From an uncultured Planctomycetaceae bacterium (lineage in GTDB: Bacteria; Planctomycetota; Planctomycetia; Planctomycetales; Planctomycetaceae), in NCBI GenBank assembly GCA_963976765.1, contig CAXBME010000048.1:1-36091 (forward strand): DNA of 36,091 nucleotides, given 5' to 3'. Under the pieces are notes generated by a model. It saw nothing but the letters and a program-made list of their open reading frames with translations. It was not told the origin of the DNA and did no database searches. Numbering within the stretch: position 1 is the first letter of the stretch; each line of letters begins with the position of its first letter. The position numbers and the translations under genes are program-made. Positions 9,215 through 18,983 of the stretch are shown one piece after another.

Positions 9215-10381
9215 TCACCGTCTTTTACCATCGGGGCGATCAGCTGGCCGAACCCCACCCGCATCAAATCGTTGACGGTTCGGCGCGATGCCAGTGCCTT
9301 GCCCGATGGGCGGTCTGTTCAACAACCTCTCGAACAGACTTGAGAGTTTAGAAAGACTGTCTGCCGCATCAGGAGAGAGTTTTCTGGTCACCCACATCTG
9401 TTGCAGGTATCGGTTTCCGATTTCTTCTGGTAAATCGCCAATAAACTTTCGGCGTGTTTCCGGAAGATTCCGAAGGACTCGCTCCAGGTCATCGTCAGTG
9501 GGGTTAAGCGACTGCGCAACCCGGTTCGTCTCATCAAACAGGCCGCGAGCAAGCAGCATCATTGCCATCATATTCTGTGTTGCCTGAGGCCGCGATTGAA
9601 TCACCCGCTTCATGTTGGGATCGGTCAATTGCTCCAGCAGGACCAGACGCAATTCATCCGGGAATAAAGGACGCGTCCGATTTCCCGATCGACTCGCAGC
9701 CATTCTCCAGCCGGGAAGGACTTTGTCCATGATCGAGGCCAGCACGAACGAATGATGTTCGAGCAGCCCCAGTTGCGACTTTGCTGTTGGAGAGGCTTCA
9801 AGTTCTGACCACTCCGCCGCAGCCCGCATCATCCGCTCGTAGTCACGTGGGGGGACGCGCAGATTCGTCAATTGATTTCTCGTTGCGTTATCGAACGAGG
9901 GCTTGAATTCCTTATTAATGGAAGGAGCCGAGGCTTCCACTTTCAAGCGGCGAATGGCTTGCAAACGGTCTTCGACATTGGATGTTGCGAGCAGTTCTTC
10001 GCGCTCAGTCAGCGATAATGTCGCGAGCCACGAATGGAACTCAGAGATCGTTCTGTCAAACTGAGAATCTTTCTGCGCGACGTCGTGAATCGTTCTCACG
10101 CGTTCCAACTGCTGGCGTGACAACTTTTGATACTGCTCGTGGTTGTACCGCAAACGGTCACGCTCAACGCGGGACATTTCTTCGATTGACTTCCGGTTAC
10201 GCTGCATCGCTGGCGTTTCTGACCACTTCGCTTCGGAGCGGGCCAGGATTAACACCAGCAACGTCGCCACGAGGTACCAGCGGTTGCCGCTGAACCAGCT
10301 GAGCAGTCGATCTGGTTGTTTCGAGACCGCATCGCCATTGCTGGAAGGCGAATCAGTCTTGAGGAGCTTTGTCCCGCTCAT
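9215..10381 (-). CDS. Membrane-anchored helical protein, DUF3106-like repeats (ECF cluster accessory)
   Basis: One N-terminal hydrophobic segment, then MSRVERDRLRYNHEQYQKLSRQQLERV / WLATLSLTEREEL helical repeats. It overlaps the anti-sigma gene. Confidence 0.6.
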   Translation of the reverse strand: MSGTKLLKTDSPSSNGDAVSKQPDRLLSWFSGNRWYLVATLLVLILARSEAKWSETPAMQRNRKSIEEMSRVERDRLRYNHEQYQKLSRQQLERVRTIHDVAQKDSQFDRTISEFHSWLATLSLTEREELLATSNVEDRLQAIRRLKVEASAPSINKEFKPSFDNATRNQLTNLRVPPRDYERMMRAAAEWSELEASPTAKSQLGLLEHHSFVLASIMDKVLPGWRMAASRSGNRTRPLFPDELRLVLLEQLTDPNMKRVIQSRPQATQNMMAMMLLARGLFDETNRVAQSLNPTDDDLERVLRNLPETRRKFIGDLPEEIGNRYLQQMWVTRKLSPDAADSLSKLSSLFERLLNRPPIGQGTGIAPNRQRFDAGGVRPADRPDGKRR

Positions 10382-10895
10382 CGAACAGTCCGCTTTCGCT
10401 AAGAGATTTCAGAAACTCAACGTCGCCAATTTCCTGGTACTCATCCAACCGTTGAAGGATTGGCAACTCGGTAAGAATTTCATCGATCGGTTCGCTGTTC
10501 TGCCTGAACGCGCCGTTGAAACCGACGATTGCCACCAACATCAAACCAGAGAATGCTGCTGCGCGGATCCCCCACACAATTGCCAGTCGTGAATAGCTGA
10601 ACGGAGACTTCCCGGAAAACGCGGCGGTCTCCGTTGATTCAGCTTTTGGCTCGCTGAATTGAGTTCGGATGGCGGTGAGCGTTTTCGCAGCAAAACCGTC
10701 CGATGCCTGTGACGTCGGCAGCAGGTCGAGCAGGTCGAATGTCTTCGTCAGTTGTTCGACATCGCGCCGTACAGACGCATCTTCGACAAGTGACTTTTCG
10801 ATACGCGAAGCCGCTTCGTCCGGCAATTCACCGTCGAGGTAAGCAACGAGTTCTTCTTTTTCTTTGTCAGACGACACAGGCGATTTCCAATACAC
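10353..10895 (-). CDS. Transmembrane anti-sigma factor
   Basis: EELVAYLDGEL...IEKSL anti-sigma domain, single TM, C-terminal YQEIGDVEFLKSL. Directly downstream of the ECF sigma gene. Confidence 0.8.
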   Translation of the reverse strand: MYWKSPVSSDKEKEELVAYLDGELPDEAASRIEKSLVEDASVRRDVEQLTKTFDLLDLLPTSQASDGFAAKTLTAIRTQFSEPKAESTETAAFSGKSPFSYSRLAIVWGIRAAAFSGLMLVAIVGFNGAFRQNSEPIDEILTELPILQRLDEYQEIGDVEFLKSLSESGLFDERDKAPQD

Positions 10896-10985
10896 AGTCC
10901 CACAAGGTGGGCACCGCCCACCAAAGTCATCAGTGATGGTGAGCAGTGCTCGCCAACGGGACAGATTCTGGTGGCCATGCCCACC

Positions 10986-11639
10986 CTAAATGTTTTTTTT
11001 CGATTCCTGATCGGTCGAGCCGGTGAGATAAGGTTCAAGCTGCACTCTCAGATTCTCACGGGCGCGAGTCAGCAGCGACTTGACGGCCTGAACGGAAAGG
11101 TCCATTGATGCAGCAATGTCTGAGTAACTCATGTGCTCAAACTTGTTGAGCAACAGCGCCATCCGCTGCCGATCATTAAGCGTGTCCAGAGACTGCCGCA
11201 CGACCTCGCGCATCTCTTCCTTGTCGAGTTGGCGAGTCGGCATCAGCGCAGACTTGTCTGTGGCAAGATTCTCTTCAGGCCGAGCCCCCAGCGGACCGGA
11301 GTCGGATCCTCTCAAAGAAACTTCTTTGCGACGCGACACCGATCGCTGACGATTCGTTGCCAGATTATTCGCGATGCGAAACAGCCATGTCGCAAACTTC
11401 GCCGTCGGCTGGTAGCGATGCCTCGCGCGATAGACTCGCAGGAATGCTTCCTGGGCCAGATCCTCGGCCGACGCGCTGTCGTGCAGGACGTGTGTGAAAA
11501 TTCCGATCAGACGATTCTGGTACGCCTCGACAAGTTCACCGAACGCAGCCTCATCGTCATCCCGCACCCGCAACATGCGCTGCACGTCCGGGTCGCGAAG
11601 CCAGGCGTTCTGATCGATCTGGTGAGTCGCCGAAGACAT
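10986..11639 (-). CDS. ECF-type RNA polymerase sigma-70 factor
   Basis: AFGELVEAYQ, AEDLAQEAFLRVY, FATWLFRIANN (region 2), RQRMALLL..MSYSDIA...VKSLLTRAR (region 4). Start set at ATG 11639. Confidence 0.93.
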   Translation of the reverse strand: MSSATHQIDQNAWLRDPDVQRMLRVRDDDEAAFGELVEAYQNRLIGIFTHVLHDSASAEDLAQEAFLRVYRARHRYQPTAKFATWLFRIANNLATNRQRSVSRRKEVSLRGSDSGPLGARPEENLATDKSALMPTRQLDKEEMREVVRQSLDTLNDRQRMALLLNKFEHMSYSDIAASMDLSVQAVKSLLTRARENLRVQLEPYLTGSTDQESKKNI

Positions 11640-11896
11640 TCCGGTCCAGATGAGGAAATGGTGATGGGAGAATTTGCTGACCGACTTAACTCTTAAGCGG
11701 AGAGTCTCGCAGAATTCTACGCCAGGATCGATCGATTCCTCTCGCTCTCCGATCAACAGCGGCAAGTCAGAAACAATCCAACGTCCTGAATTGCCAGGAC
11801 GGTCAACTGTCTGGCGCCTCAGAATTTCAAACCCCATCGACGGCAGAAGGTTTCGAAATCCGATTCAGTCTGTCTCGAAAACCATCAGCGCAGCAG

Positions 11897-11929
11897 AAAA
11901 GCCGGCAGGGAATGACATGCCTGCCGGCT
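11897..11929 (-). terminator. Rho-independent terminator after the small lipoprotein gene
   Basis: Stem GCCGGCAGG (11901-11909) / CCTGCCGGC (11920-11928), followed by TTTT on the minus strand. Confidence 0.7.
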
Positions 11930-11982
11930 GGTGGTCGCATCGCCAGACCAGTGTGTCCTGAAAGTTTCAGAACGAGCACTGC

Positions 11983-12270
11983 TCAGCGGTAGGTTGGCAG
12001 AGAATCCATCGCGATGGTCGGCTGCATCATCTGCGGGTATGCAACCTGCTGCGTGTATGGTGAATAGGCGACCGGTCCCTGTGGATATCCGGTTTGAATT
12101 GTGCCGACGCCCTGGTTGTAACCAATCCCCGGAGGACATCCGGCAGGTCCGCAACCGCCGGTGGCACAACCGCCTCCACAGCCTCCGAACGGGGTCCACA
12201 GCGGCGCGCAACAGCCACTCAAGAGTGAAACAGCACAAACACTCGCCATCGATAGAACAAGGCGTTTCAT
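11983..12270 (-). CDS. Small Cys/Gly/Pro/Tyr-rich lipoprotein
   Basis: MKR + hydrophobic stretch + LSGC lipobox, GGCGGGCATGGCGPAGCPP. GGAAAGGA upstream and a terminator downstream. Confidence 0.75.
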   Translation of the reverse strand: MKRLVLSMASVCAVSLLSGCCAPLWTPFGGCGGGCATGGCGPAGCPPGIGYNQGVGTIQTGYPQGPVAYSPYTQQVAYPQMMQPTIAMDSLPTYR

Positions 12271-12567
12271 AGGAATCCTTTCCGCAAGATTCTGGACGGG
12301 ACCGCATTGTCGACAGCCGAATTGCGAAACTGATTCGCCGACGGTGTCGGTCGCAGTTAGAGAAGCTGTAGAAGCGACTCGGAGGGAAAATCAGAGAGAT
12401 GTGAGTGAAGCCAGAACGACCCCACCGACAGGTTGAGCGCGGAAATTACGCAGATCGCCAGAACGGGTCAAGATGAGCTTTTTCGATTCAGATCGAGAAA
12501 ATAAGCAGGAATTCTCAACTTCAGACAGTCGGCAGGACGGGGCTCCCTGAAAACAATTTCCGTGCAC

Positions 12568-12957
12568 CTACTTCCCCGGAGGCGATCGGTGGAAATGGAT
12601 GTGCTTCCATTTGCCGTTCTGTTTTTCCCAGATGCGGGTTTCCTCGTAAGCCGCCGAAGGAACTCCGCCATCGGCGTTGAGGCGCTGGCAGACTCGGATG
12701 TAAGTGATCACGGCGCAATCGCCGATGATCCGAATCAGTGGCGAGCTGATGTTTGACTGCTTTGGCAGACCACTTGATTCCAGGTCGAAGTAGAACTTGT
12801 GGAAGGCCATCCCCTTGATGACGTTGCCGACGCCTTCGGGTTCGAAGGCCGTCAGTTCCGGATCGCACAGCCGCGTGTACGCGTCCCAGTCCTGCTGATC
12901 GATTGAGTTCAGCAGTTGTTGCGAGAGGTCGAGCAGTTCTTTTTCCGTTGCGTCCAC
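12568..12957 (-). CDS. Stand-alone CaMKII association (hub) domain protein, NTF2/SnoaL-like fold
   Basis: YTRLCDPELTAFEPE..GN.I.G..FHKFYF, AVITYIR, EETRIW, WKHIHFHRS match the CaMKII hub motifs. GTG start at 12957 with GGAGA SD. Confidence 0.88.
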   Translation of the reverse strand: MDATEKELLDLSQQLLNSIDQQDWDAYTRLCDPELTAFEPEGVGNVIKGMAFHKFYFDLESSGLPKQSNISSPLIRIIGDCAVITYIRVCQRLNADGGVPSAAYEETRIWEKQNGKWKHIHFHRSPPGK

Positions 12958-13329
12958 GGTGTCATTCTCCGACGGAAGATGGGGAGTTGTTTTTCGAGTG
13001 GGCAGCACGAGTTGTTCATACCCAACGGGTGCGAAATCTGTGGTGATGATTGTGAGTTGTCAACGGTCGACAGCGCGGCTGAAACCGCAAGGAGGCTTTG
13101 GAATGTCGAAGTTCAAGCGACTTCGTCAGTCGCAGTCTGGTTTGCAGATGTTGGCCTTTCGGGCGGCAGGCAGAACATCACAAGCCGTAATATCGTTAAA
13201 GCCGGAACCCGGTCCCGGTCGATGGGACATAGCTGGACGGCGTCTCGCTGAGACGCTGTCGGTGTGTCATTTTCGGTCACCGCTTCCGGGGGGTACGGTG
13301 TGAGACTTCAGCGAAACAGCCGACAGGCG

Positions 13330-16300
13330 ATGATTGGCAGACCTGCTGACGTACGGGACTTCTCATTAGCCCGGCTGAGGATCCCGGTGATGTTCGCCTG
13401 CCTTGTGGCGATGCTGGCCGCCGGGTGTTCGCGCGAGTGGTACCGCGACCAGGCGGACGAAGAGGTCGCCTGTCTGATTGAAGAAAAGGCGACTCCAGAA
13501 TGGGACGTCCCGTTTCAGAGCGTCGAGATGGACCCTCGCAGCCGCTTCCACGACGCGTATGACAAAGTCAATCCGCCGATGCCGCCGGACGATCCGGCAT
13601 CACACGAGCTGATGCACTACGTCGATGGCAAGAATGGCTGGGACAAATGGCACAAAAACGGCGACATCACCGACCTGGAGAATCCCGACTGGAAACAGCA
13701 GCTCAACCAGTACGTCCCGGTCGATGAACAGGGGCAGGTGATCCTGGATCTTGAAGGCGCGGTCCGGCTGGCGAAAATTCACTCAACAACGTGGCAGGAT
13801 TCGGTGGAAACGCTGTACCTCTCCGCGCTTGACGTCAGCACCGAGCGATTCCGCCTCGACACTCAGTTCTTCGGCGGCGCGGGAACCGGGTCGGGAGGAC
13901 GCTCGTTCTTCAACAACTCGACTGCCACCATTGCCGGCAGTGAATCGTCGAGCGGAAGTGCGTTCAACGTGGGCACCCAGACAAATATTCAACTGCGCCG
14001 TCGGATGGCGACGGCTGGCGAGCTGGTTGTCGGATTTGCGAACTCGTTTGTCTGGACCTTCTCCGGGGGCGATACCAACTTTGCGTCGTCAGCAATCAAC
14101 TTCTCGCTCGTGCAACCGCTGTTGCGAGCGGGCGGGCGACAGATCGCGTTAGAAACGCTCACGATTGCCGAGCGAACATTGCTGGCCAACATGCGAGCGT
14201 TCGAGCACTTCCGGCAGGGTTTCTATACACAAATCGCGATTGGCGAAAACGGAACGACTCGCCCTTCTCGTCGTGGTGGTTTTTCGGGCGGATCGGGGCT
14301 GTCAGGCTTCAGCGGTCAGGGAGCCGGTGGCTTCGGTGGAGTCGGCGACGCCACCGGCTTTGGTGGAGGCAACGGAGGCGGCGGCAGCGGAGCGGGCGGA
14401 GCAGGTGTCACCGGCTCGGGTTTTGCGGGCGGTGGTGCCGGTCAGGTCGGAGGCTTCATCGGCCTGCTTCAGGCCAACCAGCAGATTCGCAATACCGAGT
14501 CCAGCCTCGCCGCGCAGCAGCAAACGTTGCAGCTTCTGGAAGCGCATCTGGATGCCGGGCTGATCGACATCGCCCAGGTCGACCAGTTTCGACAAAGCAT
14601 TGAGACCGAACGCGCCAACCTGCTGCAGGCTCGCAACGGACTTCAGAATCAACTTGACGGATTCAAAACCGGCACGCTGGGCCTGCCTCCGGACCTGCCG
14701 ATCGTGCTGGACGAATCGTTGATCACACCGTTTCAGTTTCTGAACCGCGAAATCGCGAACATCCAGTTGGACCTTTCAACTCTGGTCGACCGGTTTGGAG
14801 AGCTGGAAACTCTGCCGACCGTGGCCGAGTTGCAGACAACCTTACAGCAACAGCAAACGCTGCGAGCCCGCATTGATCAGCGGCTGATCGACACGCAGGC
14901 CAATATTGACAGCCTCGAAGAAACAAACTCCGCTCGCCTTGAGACATTGACGCCGACGGAACAACGACTTCTGAAACGCGACGTCGAACAACTCCAGAAC
15001 AATCGAAATCGTCTGGCCGAACAGTTCAACCAGACTGCCGCTTCGTTGCAGGCACTTCAGGATGGACTGAGTGAAGAGAACCGTGCCGAGACCGTTTCAG
15101 CCATCATCTCGCTCAACGTTGACATGACGAATCTGCTCAGCGAGCTGACGCTGATTGAAGCTCGCGCGCGGCTGGAATCGATTTCGATCGAAACGATTGA
15201 GCTATCGCCAGCCGAAGCGCTGGAAATCGCCCGCTCCAACCGCCTTGACTGGATGAACAACCGAGCCGCGCTGGTCGACACGTGGCGGCTGATCGAATTC
15301 AACGGAAACCGTCTCGAATCGAATCTCGACGTCGTGTTGAGCGGCGAAATGGGAACGGTCGGAGACAACTCGGTGAAGTTTCAGGCTCGCGACACGACAG
15401 TCTCGGCCGGCCTGAGATTCGACACGCCATTCAACCGACGAGTTGAACGGAACGACTTTCGGCAACAGTTGATTTTTTACCAGCAGGCTCGCCGGCAGAT
15501 GATCCAGTACGAAGACGGCGTGAACCGTGGATTGCGAACCTTGCTGCGAGAGCTGGAGCAATTGCGGGTCAATCTGGAAATCCAGCGTCGGGCCGTCGCG
15601 ATTTCGATCCGTCGAGTTGATCAGACGCGAGAGAACTTCAACAAACCGACGCCGCCGGCACAGCCTGGCCAACCGGTTACGCAGTTCGGACCGACGGCGG
15701 CACTCAACCTGTTGACCGCACTTTCCGACCTGCGAAGTTCGCAGAATAACTTCATGAGCGTCTGGTTGAACTATCACGCCGGTCGAATGAGGCTGCTGCG
15801 AGATCTCGGCATCATCCGCATCGACGACGACGGACTCTGGATCGAAGAATCCGTTCAGGACGCACTTAATGCGGCAATGGCCGGAGTCCCCGTCGAAATG
15901 CCGCCGGATGTGCCGGCCCTGTGGTACGAAACGCTGGATAACCTGCCTGAACCGGAAGATGCTGAACCAGGCAACGGCGGAGCCAACATCGTCCCACACA
16001 TTCCTGATACCGACCGCCGAGGAAAGCTGCAGGAACCCGTCGCAAGCCCCGGTACCGATGTCGCGCAGAACATCGACGCCGATCTGGAAACGGCCGACGC
16101 TGGACTGGTCGAGCGATTACTGGGTGCGAGATTCGCAAACCTCTTCGCCGGTCGACGCAGGGCAGATCGGCAGCCGGAAGTCGCCCGGAACAACTTCCCG
16201 ACTGCAAATGCGACGGTGGCAAGCGCGAAGACAGCAAGTGCGACAGCTGTCCCGCCCGACGTCTCGGCCAGTAGAGCAACCTCAGAGGCGTCGCCGGAAA

Positions 16301-16527
16301 GCGAACTCAGTAGCGTCGAACCCGCTCGCACAGCACGCGGTGAGACCGTCCGAATCCCGTTACCCGACAGGCAGGTTCGTCCGGCGTCGTTCTCAATACT
16401 CAACCCGTTGAGTAAATCCGCTCCGACGACGAAGGCAGCAACGACCGCTCCAGAATCTGCAGGCAAGCAGCCTGTGGAAATTCAACGAGGAGTCGGACGA
16501 TGGCGTCCCACATCAAAGCAACGCTGA
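13330..16527 (+). CDS. Planctomycete TolC/outer-membrane-efflux-like lipoprotein
   Basis: LAAGC lipobox, PPMPPDDP, ETLYLSALDVSTERF, FSLVQPLLRAGG, ERTLL, Gly-rich insert, coiled coil, NRLDWMNNRAALVD.WR, ERNDFR, low-complexity C-tail. The start is uncertain (13264-13390). Confidence 0.75.
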   Translation: MIGRPADVRDFSLARLRIPVMFACLVAMLAAGCSREWYRDQADEEVACLIEEKATPEWDVPFQSVEMDPRSRFHDAYDKVNPPMPPDDPASHELMHYVDGKNGWDKWHKNGDITDLENPDWKQQLNQYVPVDEQGQVILDLEGAVRLAKIHSTTWQDSVETLYLSALDVSTERFRLDTQFFGGAGTGSGGRSFFNNSTATIAGSESSSGSAFNVGTQTNIQLRRRMATAGELVVGFANSFVWTFSGGDTNFASSAINFSLVQPLLRAGGRQIALETLTIAERTLLANMRAFEHFRQGFYTQIAIGENGTTRPSRRGGFSGGSGLSGFSGQGAGGFGGVGDATGFGGGNGGGGSGAGGAGVTGSGFAGGGAGQVGGFIGLLQANQQIRNTESSLAAQQQTLQLLEAHLDAGLIDIAQVDQFRQSIETERANLLQARNGLQNQLDGFKTGTLGLPPDLPIVLDESLITPFQFLNREIANIQLDLSTLVDRFGELETLPTVAELQTTLQQQQTLRARIDQRLIDTQANIDSLEETNSARLETLTPTEQRLLKRDVEQLQNNRNRLAEQFNQTAASLQALQDGLSEENRAETVSAIISLNVDMTNLLSELTLIEARARLESISIETIELSPAEALEIARSNRLDWMNNRAALVDTWRLIEFNGNRLESNLDVVLSGEMGTVGDNSVKFQARDTTVSAGLRFDTPFNRRVERNDFRQQLIFYQQARRQMIQYEDGVNRGLRTLLRELEQLRVNLEIQRRAVAISIRRVDQTRENFNKPTPPAQPGQPVTQFGPTAALNLLTALSDLRSSQNNFMSVWLNYHAGRMRLLRDLGIIRIDDDGLWIEESVQDALNAAMAGVPVEMPPDVPALWYETLDNLPEPEDAEPGNGGANIVPHIPDTDRRGKLQEPVASPGTDVAQNIDADLETADAGLVERLLGARFANLFAGRRRADRQPEVARNNFPTANATVASAKTASATAVPPDVSASRATSEASPESELSSVEPARTARGETVRIPLPDRQVRPASFSILNPLSKSAPTTKAATTAPESAGKQPVEIQRGVGRWRPTSKQR

Positions 16528-16597
16528 CATTCCGTGGCGACGACGGTGAAACGGTGAATTTGAAACCACGAAACAGCGTGCAACGCCACGAAGCGGT

Positions 16598-17440
16598 TTA
16601 AACGGTTGAAACCGCGTTAGTGCCGGAACCGTCGTCGATGGGGGCATTGTTGTCTGTGGCTGAGGTGGCCCACACGGACTGCTGAGTCAACTGAACGAGG
16701 CCAGTGATCGTGGCAACAGAGACGTCGGCCGCGTCGCGACCAGTGCCGACCCGGACAAGCCCCAGGGTTGATGTCAGTCGAGTCGGGTCGAACAGGTACC
16801 ATTTTCCATCCAGGAATGCTTCCATGAATCCGTGGAAATCCGGAGGGTGCAGGTTCAGCGCATAGCCGGCAACATATCTAGCGGGGATCCCGATTCCTCG
16901 ACACAACGCGATCGCCAGATGAGCGTAGTCGCGACACACTCCGGTTCTTTGCAGCAGCACGTCGGCAGCGGTTGTCGTCGCAATGGTGCTGCCCGGCGTG
17001 TAGTCCAGTTGCTCGAAGACCCAATTGCAGATGGCCTGAACCCGGCTGAAACCTGGATAGAGGTGGCCGAATTCTTCGAAGGCAAATCGGGACAGTAGAT
17101 CGCTTTCGCAATAGCGACTGGGATTCAGATAGGTCAGAACTTCCGCAGGCGTCTGAGAAACGAGCGACTCGCCAATGTCATTCGAGTTTTGTGTCCGAGG
17201 CGTCAGTTCGACCGTCGCGCGATACGACACCTGAAACTCGCAGGAACTGACGACGACCCGTTGCAGTTGATTACCGTCGATCCCGATCTGACATCGCTCC
17301 ACTTTTGACGGCGGAGTCAAACGCAATTCTTCGGCGTGGATCTGCTGGTGTTCGTTGCGGGCGGCAACGATCTGAAACAGAAAGACCGAGTCGGAACGAA
17401 CCCGGTAAGTCAGGTCGCAGCCGACATCAACGCGTACCAT
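16598..17440 (-). CDS. Transglutaminase-like family protein
   Basis: YLNPSRYCESD, GVCRDYAHLAIALCRGIGIPARY, DFHG, WYLFDPT, GRDAADV (Cys-His-Asp triad). Confidence 0.92.
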   Translation of the reverse strand: MVRVDVGCDLTYRVRSDSVFLFQIVAARNEHQQIHAEELRLTPPSKVERCQIGIDGNQLQRVVVSSCEFQVSYRATVELTPRTQNSNDIGESLVSQTPAEVLTYLNPSRYCESDLLSRFAFEEFGHLYPGFSRVQAICNWVFEQLDYTPGSTIATTTAADVLLQRTGVCRDYAHLAIALCRGIGIPARYVAGYALNLHPPDFHGFMEAFLDGKWYLFDPTRLTSTLGLVRVGTGRDAADVSVATITGLVQLTQQSVWATSATDNNAPIDDGSGTNAVSTV

Positions 17441-17797
17441 GATGAAGCCTTTTCCGTCGAAGCAGGTGGGAAGTTAATCGTGTGTATGACACCCGAACCG
17501 CGATTTGAACAGGAACAAGACGACTGTCGGCATAAAACCGCTGGATTCTTCTGCCCTCGCAAACGCTTTCGGCAATGAAGGCTGGGTGAACAGGACCGTG
17601 ATTTCCGACATGTTCCTGCTCGCGGCTCTTTATTTCCGGCAGGCACATACAATCCTGCAACTATCTCCTTCCCCTTTCATTGCGCGGTGGTCATTGTGTG
17701 GTGGTGAGATTCATCGCTCAGGCGAGGTTGATTCACGCTGAGAGGGGTCAGCAGCTCATCACACGTTCACAAATGTCTTTTTATCGAAATTGATTCA

Positions 17798-18700
17798 ATG
17801 CCCGTTCTTTCGGATGCCGGAACTCAACTTGTCCAGACCCTGTCGCAGCGACATGCCGTGTCGACTGACGCGGTGACTCACATGCTCTTCGCCATTCAGC
17901 ATGGCAACGGGTCGATGGCGCAGTTCAATCATCCTGAATTTGGAGGCTGCGGACAGTGGATGCGCGGCGGCATGACAATGGTCAGCGACCTGTTCAACAA
18001 TCAGCTGAAGTACCGGGTGGACAGTATCTGCAGCGAGCTGGCCAACGAACTCGCCAATCATCAGTTGACGTCCTTCAGCGGCTCGTTCCAGTCGCAAAGT
18101 CAGAACGGAGCAAATTCCCAGACGCAGGCAGGCGGCGCGATGGGATCCAGCAACAGCCTCTTTGTACCTGATCCCGAAGCCAACTGGTGGCCTCAGGACA
18201 TCGGAGTGCCCAACGCGGTGGGGTCACAGAATCACGTACGCTATGCCTGGTTCGCAAACAGCCGACGACTGGCCGTGAAAACCGGGAGCGACATCTGGGT
18301 TTACGACACGCAGGACCACCAGATCGGAGGCTTCTCGCAGCAGCAGGGGATGGGCGGTTCCATCACCTTCACCAGTCAGTATGGAATCGTGAATCTGTCA
18401 ACGTTGCCGGTGATTTCTCGCAACGGCGTTGTTCAGCCGGTTGCTCCGGTTCCCGGTCCACAGAATCCCGTGCCTGCTGTCGACAACTCGACCGCCACGA
18501 CGGTGGTTCGGAATCCGGAGCCACTTTCTGAATCCTGCGTCCCCGCCTCCCTGACTCCCACCGCCAATCAGACGCCGTCATCGCCAAAGAGTGATGGCAT
18601 CATTGAAACACTGGAACGACTCGGCGGACTTCGTGACAAGGGGTATGTGACCGACGAAGAATTCGCGACCAAGAAGGCCGAACTGCTGAGCCGTCTGTAG
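17798..18700 (+). CDS. SHOCT-domain-containing protein
   Basis: C-terminal IETLERLGGLRDKGYVTDEEFATKKAELLSRL (SHOCT). N-terminal MAQFNHPEFGG.GQWMRGGMTMV block and Q/S-rich linkers. Confidence 0.85.
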   Translation: MPVLSDAGTQLVQTLSQRHAVSTDAVTHMLFAIQHGNGSMAQFNHPEFGGCGQWMRGGMTMVSDLFNNQLKYRVDSICSELANELANHQLTSFSGSFQSQSQNGANSQTQAGGAMGSSNSLFVPDPEANWWPQDIGVPNAVGSQNHVRYAWFANSRRLAVKTGSDIWVYDTQDHQIGGFSQQQGMGGSITFTSQYGIVNLSTLPVISRNGVVQPVAPVPGPQNPVPAVDNSTATTVVRNPEPLSESCVPASLTPTANQTPSSPKSDGIIETLERLGGLRDKGYVTDEEFATKKAELLSRL

Positions 18701-18983
18701 AGTATCAAGCAATCTTTTCTTCGTGTCTCTCTGTAAAATGGTCGCAACCGTCAGGTACTCGCAGCCTCTTCGTATCTCGGTAGCGTGGAATTCGTTTTTC
18801 ATTTTCCTACCTGCTGTAAATGCCGAACCTGCCATCAACAACGAGACACTGAGTCCGAACGCGACGCATCCTTCAGCTTCAGCCTTGCGTGTGAACCTCA
18901 AAAAACGGCAAGATAGCGGTCCTCTAAACGTCCTCCTCGATCCTTCCGGCCTCCCCTGCCTGGCCACCAAACAGCGAGAATTC

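Noticed and set aside
16598..18700. Transglutaminase-like and SHOCT genes as a functional system
   Set aside because: They are divergent, and both families are widespread on their own. No sequence evidence links them.
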